Program-made: the position numbers and the translations under genes
The notes under the pieces: model-generated
The model's database searches: none
What the model was told of the DNA's origin: nothing
What the model saw: the letters and a program-made list of their open reading frames with translations, nothing else
Shown: piece after piece, positions 50,548-64,000 of the stretch
Layout of the letters: each line of letters opens with the position of its first letter
Numbering within the stretch: position 1 is the stretch's first letter
From: Felis catus
Taxonomy: Eukaryota
Direction: 5' to 3'
Length of the DNA: 64,000 nt
Assembly: GCF_018350175.1 (NCBI RefSeq)
Contig: NC_058383.1
Coordinates: 23,934,001 to 23,998,000, forward strand

Positions 50548-50946
50548 GCAGTGGAGGCCATGTTGGTAAACTGCTAAGATCTCCCTTGCAGACACCCTGC
50601 AGTTTAGCTCCAAAGGGTGCACTTAGCCTCCAGCTGTTAGTGCTTTTAGTCACCTCAGTTTTCAAGATCAGGCCACTTTCTTCCCAGGAATGCCTAGTTA
50701 ATAACTGTGCATGAGGGAGTTCTAGGGCCTAGCTAATTCTTCCCATCAGGATACTACTCCTCTAAGAGGCAATGTTACTTGAGGGCCCCAGTGAGTTGGC
50801 AGAGACTCAGATCTGTGTTGGGACCTGACCACTTCCCTGTCCTTTAGCTTCCGCCCCCTTGTTCTTGACAAGCACTAATCCTCGAGCACTGTTTGCAGTT
50901 CTAACTCCATCTCCATGTCAACTTCCCAGAGGATCCAACGGACACA
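50548..50946 (+). mobile_element. LTR16-like ERVL solo LTR
   Basis: 3' end CTCCATCTCCATGTCAACTTCCCAGAGGATCCAACGGACACA resembles the recalled LTR16 terminus. Confidence 0.55.
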
Positions 50947-51419
50947 ACTGCCTTTCTAACAAAATTTAAAGTGTATATACCCTTCTGCTCAGCAATTTCA
51001 TTTTCACATATATAATCCAGAGAAAACCCTGCATGTATGGACAAAGAAACAGGTGCAAAGACGTTCATTGCACATTATTTATAATAGTAAAAAATATATA
51101 TACTTATGAATGGAGGAATGTTTAAATAAATTATGGTACATACACATCATAGAATGTTAAAGAAGAATGAGATAATTTCTGTGTTTACTGATGGGGAAAG
51201 ATCTCCAAGACATCCTGAAGAAAAAAAAAATCAAACTATAGAACAGTATGTAACATGAGATCCATTTATTAAAAAATACATATTAATTCTGTAGGTGCAC
51301 ATATATGTAAATGCATAGGAAACTGGTTACTTCTGGAAAGAAGTGGGGGTGGAAATGGTAAAGACGGGCAAGAAAGTCCTAGATCTTTACTTTTTGTTTT
51401 AAAGTTTAGAATGCATTCA

Positions 51420-51980
51420 CAGACACTCAATCCTCACATTATTTGCAGATTCCATACTTCAAAGATGCCCACTCAGTAAAATTTATTTGTAAACCCTAAA
51501 TAAATATCTGTGGCACTTTTGTGGTCATTCATGGACATAATATGCATGTGCAGAATGGCAAAAATTTTGACACCCAACACACAGTTCTATCTGAAGTCAA
51601 ACTAGGTAATTTTCTGCCTTATTTCAGCTCTCATACAGTAAAAAAGGATCCTTTCTGTGCCCTCTTAATGCCACATTTTTGTATTCTTGTGCTTTTTCTT
51701 GGTGACTTAGCTGTTTAAAATGACCCAGGTATATGGCTGACATGCTGTCTAGTGTTCCTAAGGGCAAGAATTCATTAACATTGAATCAACAATATATAGT
51801 AAATAAGGTGTCTTTAAATAGAAACACACATAAAAGAAGGTAACGTAGTGACTGGTTGACAAAATGTGACCAGAGACTCCTAGGAACCTAACCCTGTATT
51901 TCCTCTGGGGGCAATGACCCAGTATTTACTTACCCAGCCTTCACTCTGACTTTTATAGAACATAACTACCACAAGAAAAT
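51420..51980. mobile_element. MER82-like TcMar-Tigger DNA transposon
   Basis: Motifs ATTATTTGCAGATTCC, AAAATTTATTTGTAAACCC, TTTCAGCTCTCATAC and GGAACCTAACCCTGTATTTCC. Confidence 0.75.
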
Positions 51981-53564
51981 ATGTCTTAAGATTTATGTCA
52001 GCCAGAGTTCTTTAAAAATAGAGCAATAAAGTCATCAATAGGGGTTAAAGTGTCCTTTTAGCTCTCTCGTGTATTCTAATCCCACATCCCTCAGCTGCCT
52101 TTCATGGTGATGATGCAGCTGTTTCAACTTAACTCAACTTTTCTTCACAAGGGCCCCCAAAGGAATTAAATAAATCAGAATGAGTTACTACTGACACCCA
52201 GGTTCACCCAAGAACACTTAAAATTTTACTCCATGAATAAATGATCCTTTGGGCAGCTTGGACCTGCACTAATATGACAGCCACTAGTATTGAGTACTTG
52301 AAATATACCTATTGCAAAAAAAAGTTTTAAGCACTAATTAAAGTCTTTATATTTACTGCCACCCTTTTAACTTAGGAAATCTTTTTAAGAAATGTAAAAA
52401 GCAGACACATTTTCAGGATCCAGTGACTAATCATTTTTATCAGTTTCCAAATATTTTTACTATGCACCAAGGCCCACAGCCAACATTAGAGAACTCAACA
52501 CATTTTATTTGTAAGGACTGCCCTTCTTATGCCTTTTTCACTCTGGTAAGGTGACAACAGAAAACATATTCATTTTTCTAAAATACTCAAACTTAACACT
52601 CTGAATTAACTATGAAACATGTCAGAATCTCGATTGTACATAAGAGACTACAGAGAAGAGCGGGTTCTTTCCCTTCGCTTAGTTATAACTAAGTATTACT
52701 ATTAAACATAAGCTCATCAAGATAATGCAAAACAACTTGCCAAGCTGTTTGAAAAGCTATCCTTAACACAAGGGCTGTGAAAAGTGGCACAGACCAGTGG
52801 TTAGGAGTATAGTAAGATACAGAACAAGTCGGCCTGGGGCTGTGCTACTCATACCTCTGTAACCTCATGCAAGTTACTGATCTCTGTGACTCACTTTCTT
52901 CCTACCTCACAGGATCTGGGGAAGTTATTAAATGAATTTATTCTTGCAAGAAGGTTACAACAATGCCTGGCACACAGATGTGCTTAATAAATTAGTTATT
53001 GTTCTAACAACTTTTAAGTTGTAAGTCAGGTAAATTTTAGATACTTTATACCTTGTATAGTAAACATAGGAAGTTCATTATTTCATGAAGTGAGGCTAAA
53101 AGCATCAAAAAAGGCATAAATTTGCAGATAATGGCATCATGAGAAATACCCAAGAGAAGAAACATATTTTCAGGACGATTTCTCAATTTGAAAAATGTCA
53201 GGTAACTGCTGACTGGATCCACCAGTCATGCCACCTAGCTTGACAGCAGCCAGACAGTGCTCAGTACTGCTCCTGTTCCTGCTTTGTCCACTCCGCTGCA
53301 TCCCCTACGACGGCTGTTTCCGACCTTACCACACTCCTCAAATTCTAATTTAATGCCTGCCGTGAGTAGATAACCTTTCATCCCACTTACAGGAAAAAAT
53401 CAAGGTCATGCAAATGAAGCTACCTCATTTGCCTTCCTCGAAGCTCAGTGCATCATCCAAAACTTCCCTGTACCATCTTTTCCTGTTTATTTTAAAATAT
53501 TTTTTCAATTTTATTGAGATATAATTGACATAGCCACACCTAAAAAAAAAAGAAAACTAAAAAA

Positions 53565-53781
53565 ATTTTTTTTAATGTTTATTTATTTTTGAGAGAAAGG
53601 GAGACAGAGCGTGAGCGGATGAGGGGCAGAGAGAGAGGGAGGGAGACACAGATTCCGAAGCAGGCTCCAGGCTCCGAGCTGTCAGCACAGACAGCAGGGC
53701 CTGAACCCACAAACCGTGAGATTATGAACTGAGTCGAAATCAAGAGTGGGACACTTAACTTACTGAGCCACCCAGGTGCCT
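53565..53781 (-). mobile_element. CanSINE
   Basis: Reverse-complement SINE with T tail. Confidence 0.9.
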
Positions 53782-55178
53782 CTAAGATGTAACCTTCTGA
53801 TTTCCTCTATTTTCTCTCATTCATTTTTGAAGGAATAAATGAGTAAATATTTGATTTACTGCTCATCACTATATGCTAGGTACTGTTCTGAGTAACGGGT
53901 ATAAAAGGTTTTTATAAAAGGAGATGAAAAACTTTCAATGATACTGCTTCAATCACCCAGTTTGGAAATCTTGGAATCTAGTTGCTTGCCTCCTTTTGTC
54001 CCTTCTACTGTGTAAGACAAATCACATATATTTTTTTATTTGTTCCTTCCTTCATTTGTTATCACCCCTGTCCAGATTTTCATATTCTAATATCGAAATT
54101 ATTGTTATAATTTCTTCAGTAGTTGCTCTCCTTCCAGTCCCTCCTTATATTTTATTCATTTGCTCTACATGAATTTACTGAACGAATGCTTTTTGTGTGC
54201 TAAGCCACTGTTCTGGGTACTGAAATACAGCAGTAAGAAACATCCTTTTTCACATAGAACATATATTTTAGTAGTAGGAGAAAGGGGAAAAAAAGTAAAT
54301 TAATAAGGTAATTGAAGATAGTCACAAACGTCATGAGGAAAAAGATACAGGGTAAGGTGTTGGGGAAGCACTATCCTAGATTCTCACGGTGGTTAGGGTA
54401 GGCCTCTCTAAAGAGGTGGTAACTAGCTGAGACCATAAATCCTATCGTACTACTGATAAATTAATATTCCCAAAACACCACTTTTACGTTATCCCTCTGT
54501 CCTCAGGAACTTTTAAAGCTATCTACTAATTATAAGGCAAAGGTCAAAATTTCCACCTAACTTTCCAATTTAATTTTCTAAAAATCTCCTACAGATTCTG
54601 CTTCAACTAACATAAGTGGTAAAAAGGATGTGCCAGGCAGAATGCTTAGTATTTTTTACCTTCAAAAGATAACCAACTGACACTCCCAATAAGTATTATA
54701 ATTTTTTTTTTTTACATATAAAAAGGAAAGAAACTTGCTTGAAGGTCATTCAGCTAACCTGTGACAGGACTGGGCCACAAGTAATAATAAAAGCTGCTAT
54801 TTATTAACATTTATTATGCACCAAACTATATTTTAAGGGACTTATCTGTCTCATTTAATCCTCTTCACTGAAAGAACCAGGTATGGTTATGATTAGGTCA
54901 CTGATGTGATTACGTATGATTATTATCAGAGAGCTGAAGCTTAGAGATGGTTCAAGTGATCTGCCCAAGTTACTAAGGGCTCAAGATAGGATGAAAACAG
55001 ACCTGTTCGACTTCAAAGTCTATATATTAGACCACTCAGCTTAGTTCATTTGATGGCTCCTTCTATGTCATCTGGACAAATTTGAACCCTAGATCAACAC
55101 AATGGTTCCCCTCTTCCCACATCTCCACCCAGGCTGGTGAACTCTGCTGGAAAAAAATATAGAACCATAAGACTGGGA

Positions 55179-55211
<33 letters not shown>

Positions 55212-55847
55212 GCCCTAAAGGCCCAACTAGGCCCTCATTATGACCTAGAAATCTTTGTTTTTTATCTAAAAATGACCCACCCTGGATCCCACATTCTTCT
55301 CTAGTTAATTAACCTCCCTCTCCCTTTCACAGGCAATCTTCCACCTCCATTGCTATCTTATTTCAACTACTAGTCACTTCTCAAGCCACTGTGAATAAGG
55401 CTCCTATCATATCACTTCACTAAAACTTCTCTCACCAGGGTTATTAACAAACTCTTTAAAACCAAAGTATTTTTCAATTTCATATTACTTGTTCTTTGGT
55501 AACACCACTGATTACATCTTTCTTCTTCTCCCCACAGCTTCTACAATGTCAAGTTTTTCATTTGGCTTTCCTCAAGTCAGGCTCTTCCTTAGTCTCCTGA
55601 AAATGTTGATCTTCAGGGTTATGTCCAAGGTTCTATTCTCCACTCCTTGTGCTCCTGTTAGGAAGCATCACCCCCACCCGCAGCTTCTACAATCAATCAT
55701 ACACTGCTAACTACTCTGCAGCTTCAGTCCATGTCTGATTTATGAGTTTCATATCCATACACTTACCTACTCATTAAATGTATTCTCTGGTTTGACAATC
55801 AAGTTCAAATTCTTACTATATCTTAAAAGGTTAAAAAATACTTTGGC

Positions 55848-58800
55848 ATTTTTTTAAGTTTATTTATTTATTTTGAGAGAGACAGCACGGAAGAGTTGGG
55901 GAGGCACAGAGAGAGTGGGAGAGAGAATCCCAAGCAGGTTCCACACTGTCAGTGAGGAGCCCAACACAGGGCTCAAACCCACGAACCATGAGATCGTGAC
56001 CTGAGCCAAAATCAGGAGTCGGACGCTTAATGGATGGAGCTACCCAGGTGGCCCCATTTTGGCTGTTTCTTAAAACACTTAACAAGCAACTACTATATGA
56101 CCCAGCAATTACACCTTGGGTATTTATCCCAGAGAAATGAAAATTTAGGTTCATACAGAAACCTGCACATGGATGTTCACAGCAGCTTATCTGAAACAGC
56201 CAAAAACTGGAATCAGCCCAGATGTACTTCAGCAGATGAATGGTTAAAAATATTCTGGTATATTTATAGCACAGAATATTACTCAGCAATAAAAAGAAAT
56301 GAACTATTGACATGCACAATTTGGGTGTGTGAACCTGACTGTGGCAGTGAACAAACAAAACTACACAGGTGATAAAAATGCATAGAAGTTATTAACACAT
56401 AAATACAAGTGAGTACAAGTAAAAACAGGGAAATCTAAGATCTGCAGTCAATGTTAATACTCTAGTTGTGACATTATACTACAGTTTGGCAAAAATGTTA
56501 CCATTGTGACTAGGAATGGAAGTGACCTTCCTCAACTGGATAAATAATATATGCAAAAACTTCACAGCCACCATACTTAATGGAGAAAAATGGACAATGC
56601 TTCGCCCCTGCTAAGATCAGGAATAAGAAAAGGATGTCTGCTTTTGTCATTTGTATTCAACACTGTTCCAAAAGTTCTACCAAGGCAATTAGGCAGGAAA
56701 AATAAACCCACTAAAACACTACTAGAATAAATGACCTTTAAAAGGTTGCAGGATATCAATATATAAAATTAAGCATATTTCTACACACTAGTGATGAACA
56801 GTCTGAAAACTAAGATGGTAATACATTTACAATCATAGCAAAAAGAATAAAATATCCAAGCATAAATCTAACAAAATAAGTGGGAACTTCTAGTTTCTGA
56901 TCCAGCAATGTAAGGAGCTAAGAAGTTGTTATTCTTGCCCACAAAACAAGAAAAATGCTGAACTGAATATCAACAACTCTTCCTAGATCCATCAAAGAGC
57001 TGAGGACACAGGGCAAACCACTGTCTCCAAAGTTGGAGGGACAAATGGGCAAATAGAGAGAACCACAACTTATTGGGGCAGAAACCAAGAAACCTCCATG
57101 GGAGGAACAAGTACCAGGGTGGGAAAACCTAAACTGTAAACAGATGAGTTCTTCAAGGCTCAGCGTGGTCAAGTTTGAGAGTTAAAAATTCCAAGGAGGG
57201 GAGGAGCAGTCTTAGGGGACCTCCCACACTTTTGTGAATTTTACATATAGAAACCCTAGCAGGCACTCACAGTGAAGATAGGAGAAAAATTTCCTCGTGC
57301 TTCTGGCAGGAAAAATGGGAAAACAGTTATTTTGAAATAAGCCAAGAGCATCCTGTTCTCAATGAGGCTTGGTCTGAAAAGAAACTATTTCACCAGAGCC
57401 TGACTGGGGTTTTACCAGAGCCTAATAGAGCTGGAGAAAGAGAAATAGCCAATTCCAGCCTTAGCCTTCATGTCTCAACCAACAGCGGGGAGGAGGGGTG
57501 CTGAGAAACACTTGTGAAGGTCACAGCACAGGGGCACAGGTTCACTAAAGGACTGAGACCTAATCACAAAAGTATAGAATGCTTTCCCTCCCACAGACAT
57601 ATAGATAGATCAAGGGAACAGAATTGAGAATCCAAAAATAAACCCTCACATTTATGGTCAATTGATTTTCAGCCAGGGTGTCAAGACTATTTAATGGGGA
57701 AAGATGAGTCTTTTCAACAAGTAGTGGTGGGACAACTGGATATTCACATGTAAAATAATGAATTCGGACCTTTATTTCATACCATATACAAAAATTACCT
57801 CAAAATAGGCAAGAGATTTAAATGAAGAGCTAAAACTCCTAGAAGAAAATTTCTGAGAAAATCTTCATTGCATTGGATTAGGGAATCATTTCCTAGATAC
57901 AATACCAAAAGCACAACAAAAAAGGAAATAATAAATTGGACATCAGATTTTTAAAATTTTGTACATCAAATGATACCATAAAGAAAGTGAAAAGACTGTA
58001 TGGGAGAAAATATTTGCAAATCATGTCTGAAAATGATTTCTCTTACAACTTAATAATAGAAAGACAAATAATTCAATTTAAAAATGGGCAGAGGATCAGC
58101 CAGACATTTCTCCAAAGAAGATATCAAAATGGCCAAAAACATAGGAAAGATACTCAACATTATTAGTCATCAGGGAAATGTAAACCAAAGCCACAATGAG
58201 AAATGACTTCATATCCATTAGGATGGCTATTATGAAAAACAGATATAATGAGTGTTGGTGGGGATGCAGATAAACTGGAATCCTCATACACTGCTGGTGG
58301 GAATGTAAAATGGTGCAACCACGTTAGAAGACAGGCTGGCAATTCCACAAAAAGTTGAAGATATGATCCAGCAATTTCACTCCTAGAAATGCAAGAGAAA
58401 TGAAAACATATGTCCACACAAAAATGTGTACATGAATGTTCACAGTATTATTCATGAGTTACAAAAGGTAGAAACAACCCAAATGTCCATTAATTGATGA
58501 ACAAAATAAAGTTTATCTACACAATGGATTATTATTTATCAGTAAAAATAAATGAAGTATTGATATGTTGCTATAGCATGAACCTTGAAAACATTAAGCT
58601 AAGTGAAAGAGGCCAGTCACAAAAGACTACATATTATATGATTCCATTTATATGAAACCTGTAGAATAGATAAGTATACAGAGAAAGTAGATTATTAGTT
58701 CCTTACTGCTGGGCAGTTCGGGGGTGATAGCTAAGGGGTACAGGGTTACTTTCTGAAGTGATGAAAATGTTCTAAAATTGACCATGGTGATGGCTGTTGA

Positions 58801-58895
58801 ACAACATTAGGAATACACTATAAGCAAGTGAATTGTACACTTTAGGGATAAACTGTATAGCATGTGAATTATATAGCAATAAATCTGTTAAAAAA
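55848..58895 (+). mobile_element. Mosaic of old L1 fragments (ORF2 end/3'UTR, a 5'UTR-like block ~56885-57595, L1MB-like 3' part 57595-58895) with a minus-strand SINE at 55848-56055
   Basis: L1 ORF2 and 3'UTR motifs such as GACCCAGCAATT, GAAACAACCCAAATGTCCA and TATATGATTCCATTTATATGAA; many stops. Confidence 0.82.
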
Positions 58896-59073
58896 CAGGG
58901 GTGGGCTGTTTTTTTGGGGGGAGGAGATGGAAAAATAAGCTCTTCATGATCTAGTCTGTTTGTTTCCCCATCCAGAGGCATCTAATGCCACTCTTACCTT
59001 CAAACTACTGTGATCAGGCACTATCCGGTTTCAGGTTCCGAACCTATACATAACTTTCTTTTTTCTTTTCTCT

Positions 59074-59076
<3 letters not shown>

Positions 59077-59124
<48 letters not shown>
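59077..59124 (+). repeat. (CT)n microsatellite
   Basis: About 23 units. Confidence 0.95.
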
Positions 59125-59129
<5 letters not shown>

Positions 59130-59232
59130 CTGAAGCTTTAAACTTGCTTTTCCTTCTACCTGAACCATTTTTACAACCTTCCCTTCTTTGGCCAATTCCT
59201 ATTTGTTCTTTATTTTTATTAATTAAAAAAAA

Positions 59233-59878
59233 ATTTTTTTTTATGTTTATTTACTTACTTTTGAGAGAGAAAGAGAACACAAGTTGGGGAGGGACACAGA
59301 AAGAGAGAGAGACAGAGACAGAGAATCCAAAGCAGGCTCCAGGCTCTGAACTGTCCGTGCAGAGCCTGAGGCAGGGCTCAAACTCACAAACTGTGAGATC
59401 ATGACCTGAGCTGAAGTCGGACTTAGCCAACTGAGCCACACAGGCACACCCCTATTTGTTCTTTAGATCTCAGCTTAGATGTCATTCCTCCCTGTGGTCC
59501 TTTCTAACCTTCCAAGCCTGAATTAAAGGCATTCCACCTGTGCTCACACAGCAACATGTGCTTATTACTATTTTAGGGTTCTTCTTACTGAATTCCAATG
59601 AACTGTTTAATTATCTGTAGCTCTGACTAAAACGAGGTTTTGTTTATGGCATCTTGCCTCAGAGTAGGTAAAAGATAAATGCTTTTCTTTTTTTAAGTTT
59701 ATTTATTTTGAGCTAGAGAGCAGAAGACAGGCAGAGAGAGAGGGAGAGAGAATTCCAGGCAGGCTCCGTGCTATCAGCGTGGAGCTCAATGTGGGGCTCG
59801 AACTCACAACTGTTAGATCATAACCTGAGCTGAAACCAAGAGTCTGACACTTAACTGAGCGAGCCACCCAGGCGCCCC
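59233..59878 (-). mobile_element. Two CanSINEs (59233-59450, 59688-59878)
   Basis: Reverse-complement SINEs with flanking duplications (CCTATTTGTTCTTTA; AAGATAAA(T/C)GCTTTTC). Confidence 0.9.
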
Positions 59879-60565
59879 AAGATAAACGCTTTTCAAAGGG
59901 TGGGCTAAACTAACTTTAAGTCAGAATCACTTCTGTGATCATCTGTAGCTCAAAAGAATACTTAAGAAAAAAAGCCCTAAACTACTGGAAATATTAATTG
60001 TAAAGAGAAAAGCATTGGTGCATAATTTGCCTAGAAATAAGCATGAAGCACTTAATGTTCAGGCACTCTAAACAGGTTTCAAATAGAAAAATAGTGACCT
60101 GTCTTATCTGGTTAAGCTTTGTGCTTAACCATAAAATATAGTTTTGATTTTTCAAATACTTTGTATTTGAAACCTTTCCTGCAGCAATGCATTACAGGTT
60201 CTGAATCCCAGTGAAAACATTTCTACAGGCAAGTCTGGAAAATAAGACCCAAGAGAGTACTAAGGCTCAGTGTATTCTTATCAGTTCTGAATCAAGATGA
60301 AGGTAGAATGCATAGTATAAATTCTATCAAGAGTAGGAAATAACATGGTAATGCCCCTTGTTTAGATTACTTCTGACTTACAAATGAACTTCATAAACAA
60401 TTTTGCTAAAAACTTTTCAGAATCTGGGGGTAGGGTGAAGAAACATAGCTTTATAGGGAGAGGAATCAAAGAAAAGTGTTTTTAGACTATCATTAATTTT
60501 TGTCTGAAGTTGTTCAACAATCCAGTAATTTAGAAATTTTTCCTTTTTTAAGCAATTTCTACAAG

Positions 60566-60765
60566 AGGGGTGCCTGGGTGGCTGAGTCAGTGAAGCTTCT
60601 TGACTCTTGGTCTTGCCTCAAGGTCATGATCTCACGATTCATGAGTTTGAGCCCCGCATCCGGCTCTGCACCCAGTGCAGAGCCTGCTTGGGATTTTCTC
60701 TCTATCTGTCCCTACCCTGCATGCAAGCTCTCTCTCAAAATAAATAAACAAACTTAAAAAAAAAT
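60566..60765 (+). mobile_element. CanSINE
   Basis: SINE head, body and tail. Confidence 0.88.
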
Positions 60766-61443
60766 TTCTGCAAGAGATCCAAATAGCTGCTGAAAAGCCG
60801 TTAAGAACGCAACAGCATTTTCTGTTCAGAAAATGTAACCGTCTGAAGTTCCAAGTCAACTGATTGCCAAACCACATTTTAGTGACACAATGAAAGGAGC
60901 TTTAAAAAGGAAAGGAGAATGAATAAAAGAGAATTTTCTCAAACCATAATAAGATCTATGATAATGTATATGACATTAGAGTATGTTAGATTTTCTCCCT
61001 AGAAAGATAAGTCCAGAAGACTATAAATGTCAACTCAATTAAGAAAGAACAAGAGGCAAACCTGTTTCATGTTATGAATCATACTATCTAACAGCTTAGA
61101 GAAAGAGTACTTTCGAACTTGAAATGTACTTTCGAATTTAAAATGCTAGGAATATACATTAAACACTCTGCCTTTTAGGACTTAAAAACATGAACACTGC
61201 AGAAATGGTAAAGGAAACAATGCTCTGATCATATGCACTCATTCACATATAGAGCAGTGAGGGAATGCTAAGTGGAGTGTAAATGTAGAACATGAAATAT
61301 GTAATTTACATCACCTTTAGGAAAATACATTTTTAGAAAGAGAAAACTAAAGGAAATATGACTCAGTAGATTATACATAATTCCTAAAAGAAAGAGGTTA
61401 AATATAGTAAAAGGTAAATTAAGAAAAGAAATGGCTATTTTAG

Positions 61444-61609
61444 TATGAGCAGGGGAGGGGCAACAAGAGAGGGAGACACAGAATCGGAAACAGGCTCCAG
61501 GCTCTGAGCCATCAGCCCAGAGCCCGACGTGGGGCTCGAACTCACGGACTGCGAGATCGTGACCTGGCTGAAGTCGGACGCTCAACCGACTGCGCCACCC
61601 AGGCGCCCC
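61444..61609 (-). mobile_element. Tailless CanSINE with 18-bp TSD
   Basis: AAGAAA(T/C)GGCTATTTTAG at 61426-61443 and 61610-61627; no poly(A) tail. Confidence 0.88.
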
Positions 61610-63027
61610 AAGAAACGGCTATTTTAGAAATAAGTTTAAAACATACTTAAAATATTCAGAGAGCACTAATTAATGTGCTTCTGATGTTACAATCCTCTCT
61701 TTTAATTCCAGGGTCCAGCAGCCTATCCATGATATTGCTGAAATGATTATAATCAAACAAATATCGTAACTCCTATTACTTTATACAACTGAGTAGTCAC
61801 ATAAAGGAAAATTTCACTTGTATGTATGGGTATATATGTACATGCATGGATATGTTTGGTAGAATAATTATATTCTGTGAACTTGAAAGTAAGGAAAACT
61901 GCAGTAGTTTAACTGATGATGATGATTTTTTTATTGATGTCAACTACATACTTTATACTTTCTGGATGAAAGACATACAGCTCTTAAAATGGACAGGCAC
62001 AACATAGGAAAAGAAATGAAACCAGTAATTTAGAACTATAGGTACTTAATGACCTAAAAAATCATAGACCTTAAAGATTGAAACTGCATCCAGATGCTCT
62101 TCCAAAGGGCTATAGTCAACTAGCTGTAATAAAACTCCTGGAGATAGTTCACTGTTGTTTGAGTCTGGCAAGAATCTCCAAATACAGAAGTTTTCATACT
62201 CAGGCAGAGGAACTTAAGGCAAGGGCTAGGGGCAGGAAACAAATTAGAAATGCAACCTTCTCGCCACTGCAGAGTAGGTATTTGGCAGCTTTCTTTCTCA
62301 CTTCCCAAACAGAATCTCAAGTGTTTGGGTCCAGAAAAATCTAGTTTTATCTTAAATTCTACTTCAAAACCTTGACATTAAAATGAAAGGCGCTTATAAT
62401 AAATTTTCTTTCCCCATCACTCATAATTCTGGAGGTGATAAGATAAATAATAGTTGTGCTCACTTAGTATCCATCACGGTCTTAAGCGCTTTACATATGC
62501 TCATTTATTTGTCAAGACAATCCAATGAGGAAACTGAGTAACAGGTTTAATGACTAGGAGCCAGCTAGAAAAAGCTGCAGTTGGAACACGAACCAGCTCT
62601 GATTCGACAGCTGTGCTCAAAGTTTACCACTTAGGAATATTTCTGTAGAACAGTTTGATTTTTCTTAAGTGTTTGTCCAGAGAAATAAAACCTTAGAAAC
62701 ATCAATGGAGAAGTCTCAAAAACGTTGACACAAAGTGGCACATTTCCTCACAAATAGCTATTTTGGACAGAAAATACTACAATAATTTGCTCCAGGTGTT
62801 AAGAAACTCAGTTAATCTAATAAAAGACTGTAACACTATTTTACATTCTTAATTCTGCTTAAAAAGCATGTTTTCAAATTAATCTGTCAACCATACTTTT
62901 AAAAAAAGTTATATTAAAATTCTGGTCCTTGATCTTCTGGACAATTTCACTGGTGTATTATATAAAATTACATTTTTAAAGTCACACACTAAAGAGAGTT
63001 CAGGAGCGATTTAAAAAAGAGAATTCC

Positions 63028-63230
63028 AGGGTCACCTGGGTGGCTCAGTTGGTTAAGCACCTGACTTCAGCTCAGGTCATAATCTCATGGTTTGTGAGTT
63101 CGAGCCCCACATCAGGCTCTCTGCCAACAACAGTGTGGGCCTGCTTCGGATCCTCTGTCCCCCTCTCTGTGCCCCTTGCTGCTTATGCTCACTCTTTCAC
63201 AAAAATAAGTACTTAAAAAAATAATTAAAA
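63028..63230 (+). mobile_element. CanSINE
   Basis: SINE head, body and tail. Confidence 0.9.
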
Positions 63231-64000
63231 AGATAATTCCATTTTGATTTTGCTAATTCAAGAAGAGGTTCTCCAAATGCTGCAATTTAAAAAATAAGTT
63301 TGGAGATTTACTATACAAAGTACTTTAAGGGAGATTCAGCTAAATCTTTGTACAGTTTGATTCCTCCCATCATTTCTACTCAGCAAAATCTCAAATAGCA
63401 GCTTGTGTACTCAAGACATCTACATATTTTCCCCCTTAATCATGCCCTTTTCAAAGGACAGAGAGTTCATTTAACAGCCAGTTATGATGTCCTTGTTTCA
63501 TTGCTATTTGTATTTGCCTTTCTTAATGAATGGATCATTACAAAACCATAATACTTGTTCTACTATCTCTCATGTAAACAATGCGGGTCCAACAATGGCA
63601 TTCTTTACCACTCTCCTATTACATGTTTCACCACCAAATCACCATGTGATATCTTAAATTACAAACAGATTAATGTTTTTAGGAGTACAGCTCTCTCACG
63701 TACAACTTCCAGGCATGGTTATCAATACAGACAGTATTTGTAAAGAATCATGACTTTGACACTACTATAATTCAAGAAACTAGTTACTGGTGAAGAGGAA
63801 TGAGAATCAAAAGGGAAATCCATTATGTCATCTTAGAATTCATAAACAAAGGGTGGGAATATCACATACCCTTTAATTTAGGAAGGCAGATTTCAGAAAG
63901 GTAGGCATGATTGCATAGAATGGTTTTTTTAAAATTTATTTGTTTATTTTGAGAGATAGTGTGAATGGGGGAGGGGGAGGGAAGGAGGGAGAGCGGGGGG

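Noticed and set aside
55864..58417. Several 60-164 aa ORFs in the L1 mosaic
   Set aside because: Fragments of decayed L1 and SINE sequence; no intact ORF1 or ORF2.
61108..61143. Short tandem duplications (also near 16243 and 23833)
   Set aside because: Two-copy 10-19 bp slippage products with no supporting structure.

Overview
Eukaryotic (mammalian) DNA, almost certainly from a cat-family carnivore, because it is dense in tRNA-derived CanSINEs of the feliform type and has felid-type L1 3' ends. Two protein-coding genes lie in tandem on the minus strand. MOSMO (C16orf52, a tetraspan negative regulator of Hedgehog signalling) contributes exon 2 (28263-28475), exon 3 CDS (22911-23095), a ~3.8 kb transposon-free 3'UTR and ~35 kb of intron 1; its exon 1 lies beyond the right edge. 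VWA3A contributes exons 1-5 (11995 down to 1626) and continues past the left edge. The rest is introns and intergenic DNA with about 40 SINEs, L1, L2 and MIR relics, solo LTRs, DNA-transposon fossils and microsatellites. The most notable observation is that VWA3A exon 2 is 88 nt, so the ancestral exon-1 ATG runs out of frame into an 18-codon ORF and the conserved protein can only start at a downstream strong-Kozak ATG. Other leads are RFX, CRE, NF-Y and GLI motifs, a 53-bp dispersed duplication flanking MOSMO exon 2, a very long intronic (AAAT)n array, tailless SINEs, and probable L1 3'-transduction and twin-priming events. Gene identities, repeat family names and human comparisons come from my recall of sequences, not from database searches. 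I found no prokaryote-type system (CRISPR, operon) and no clearly new gene family.
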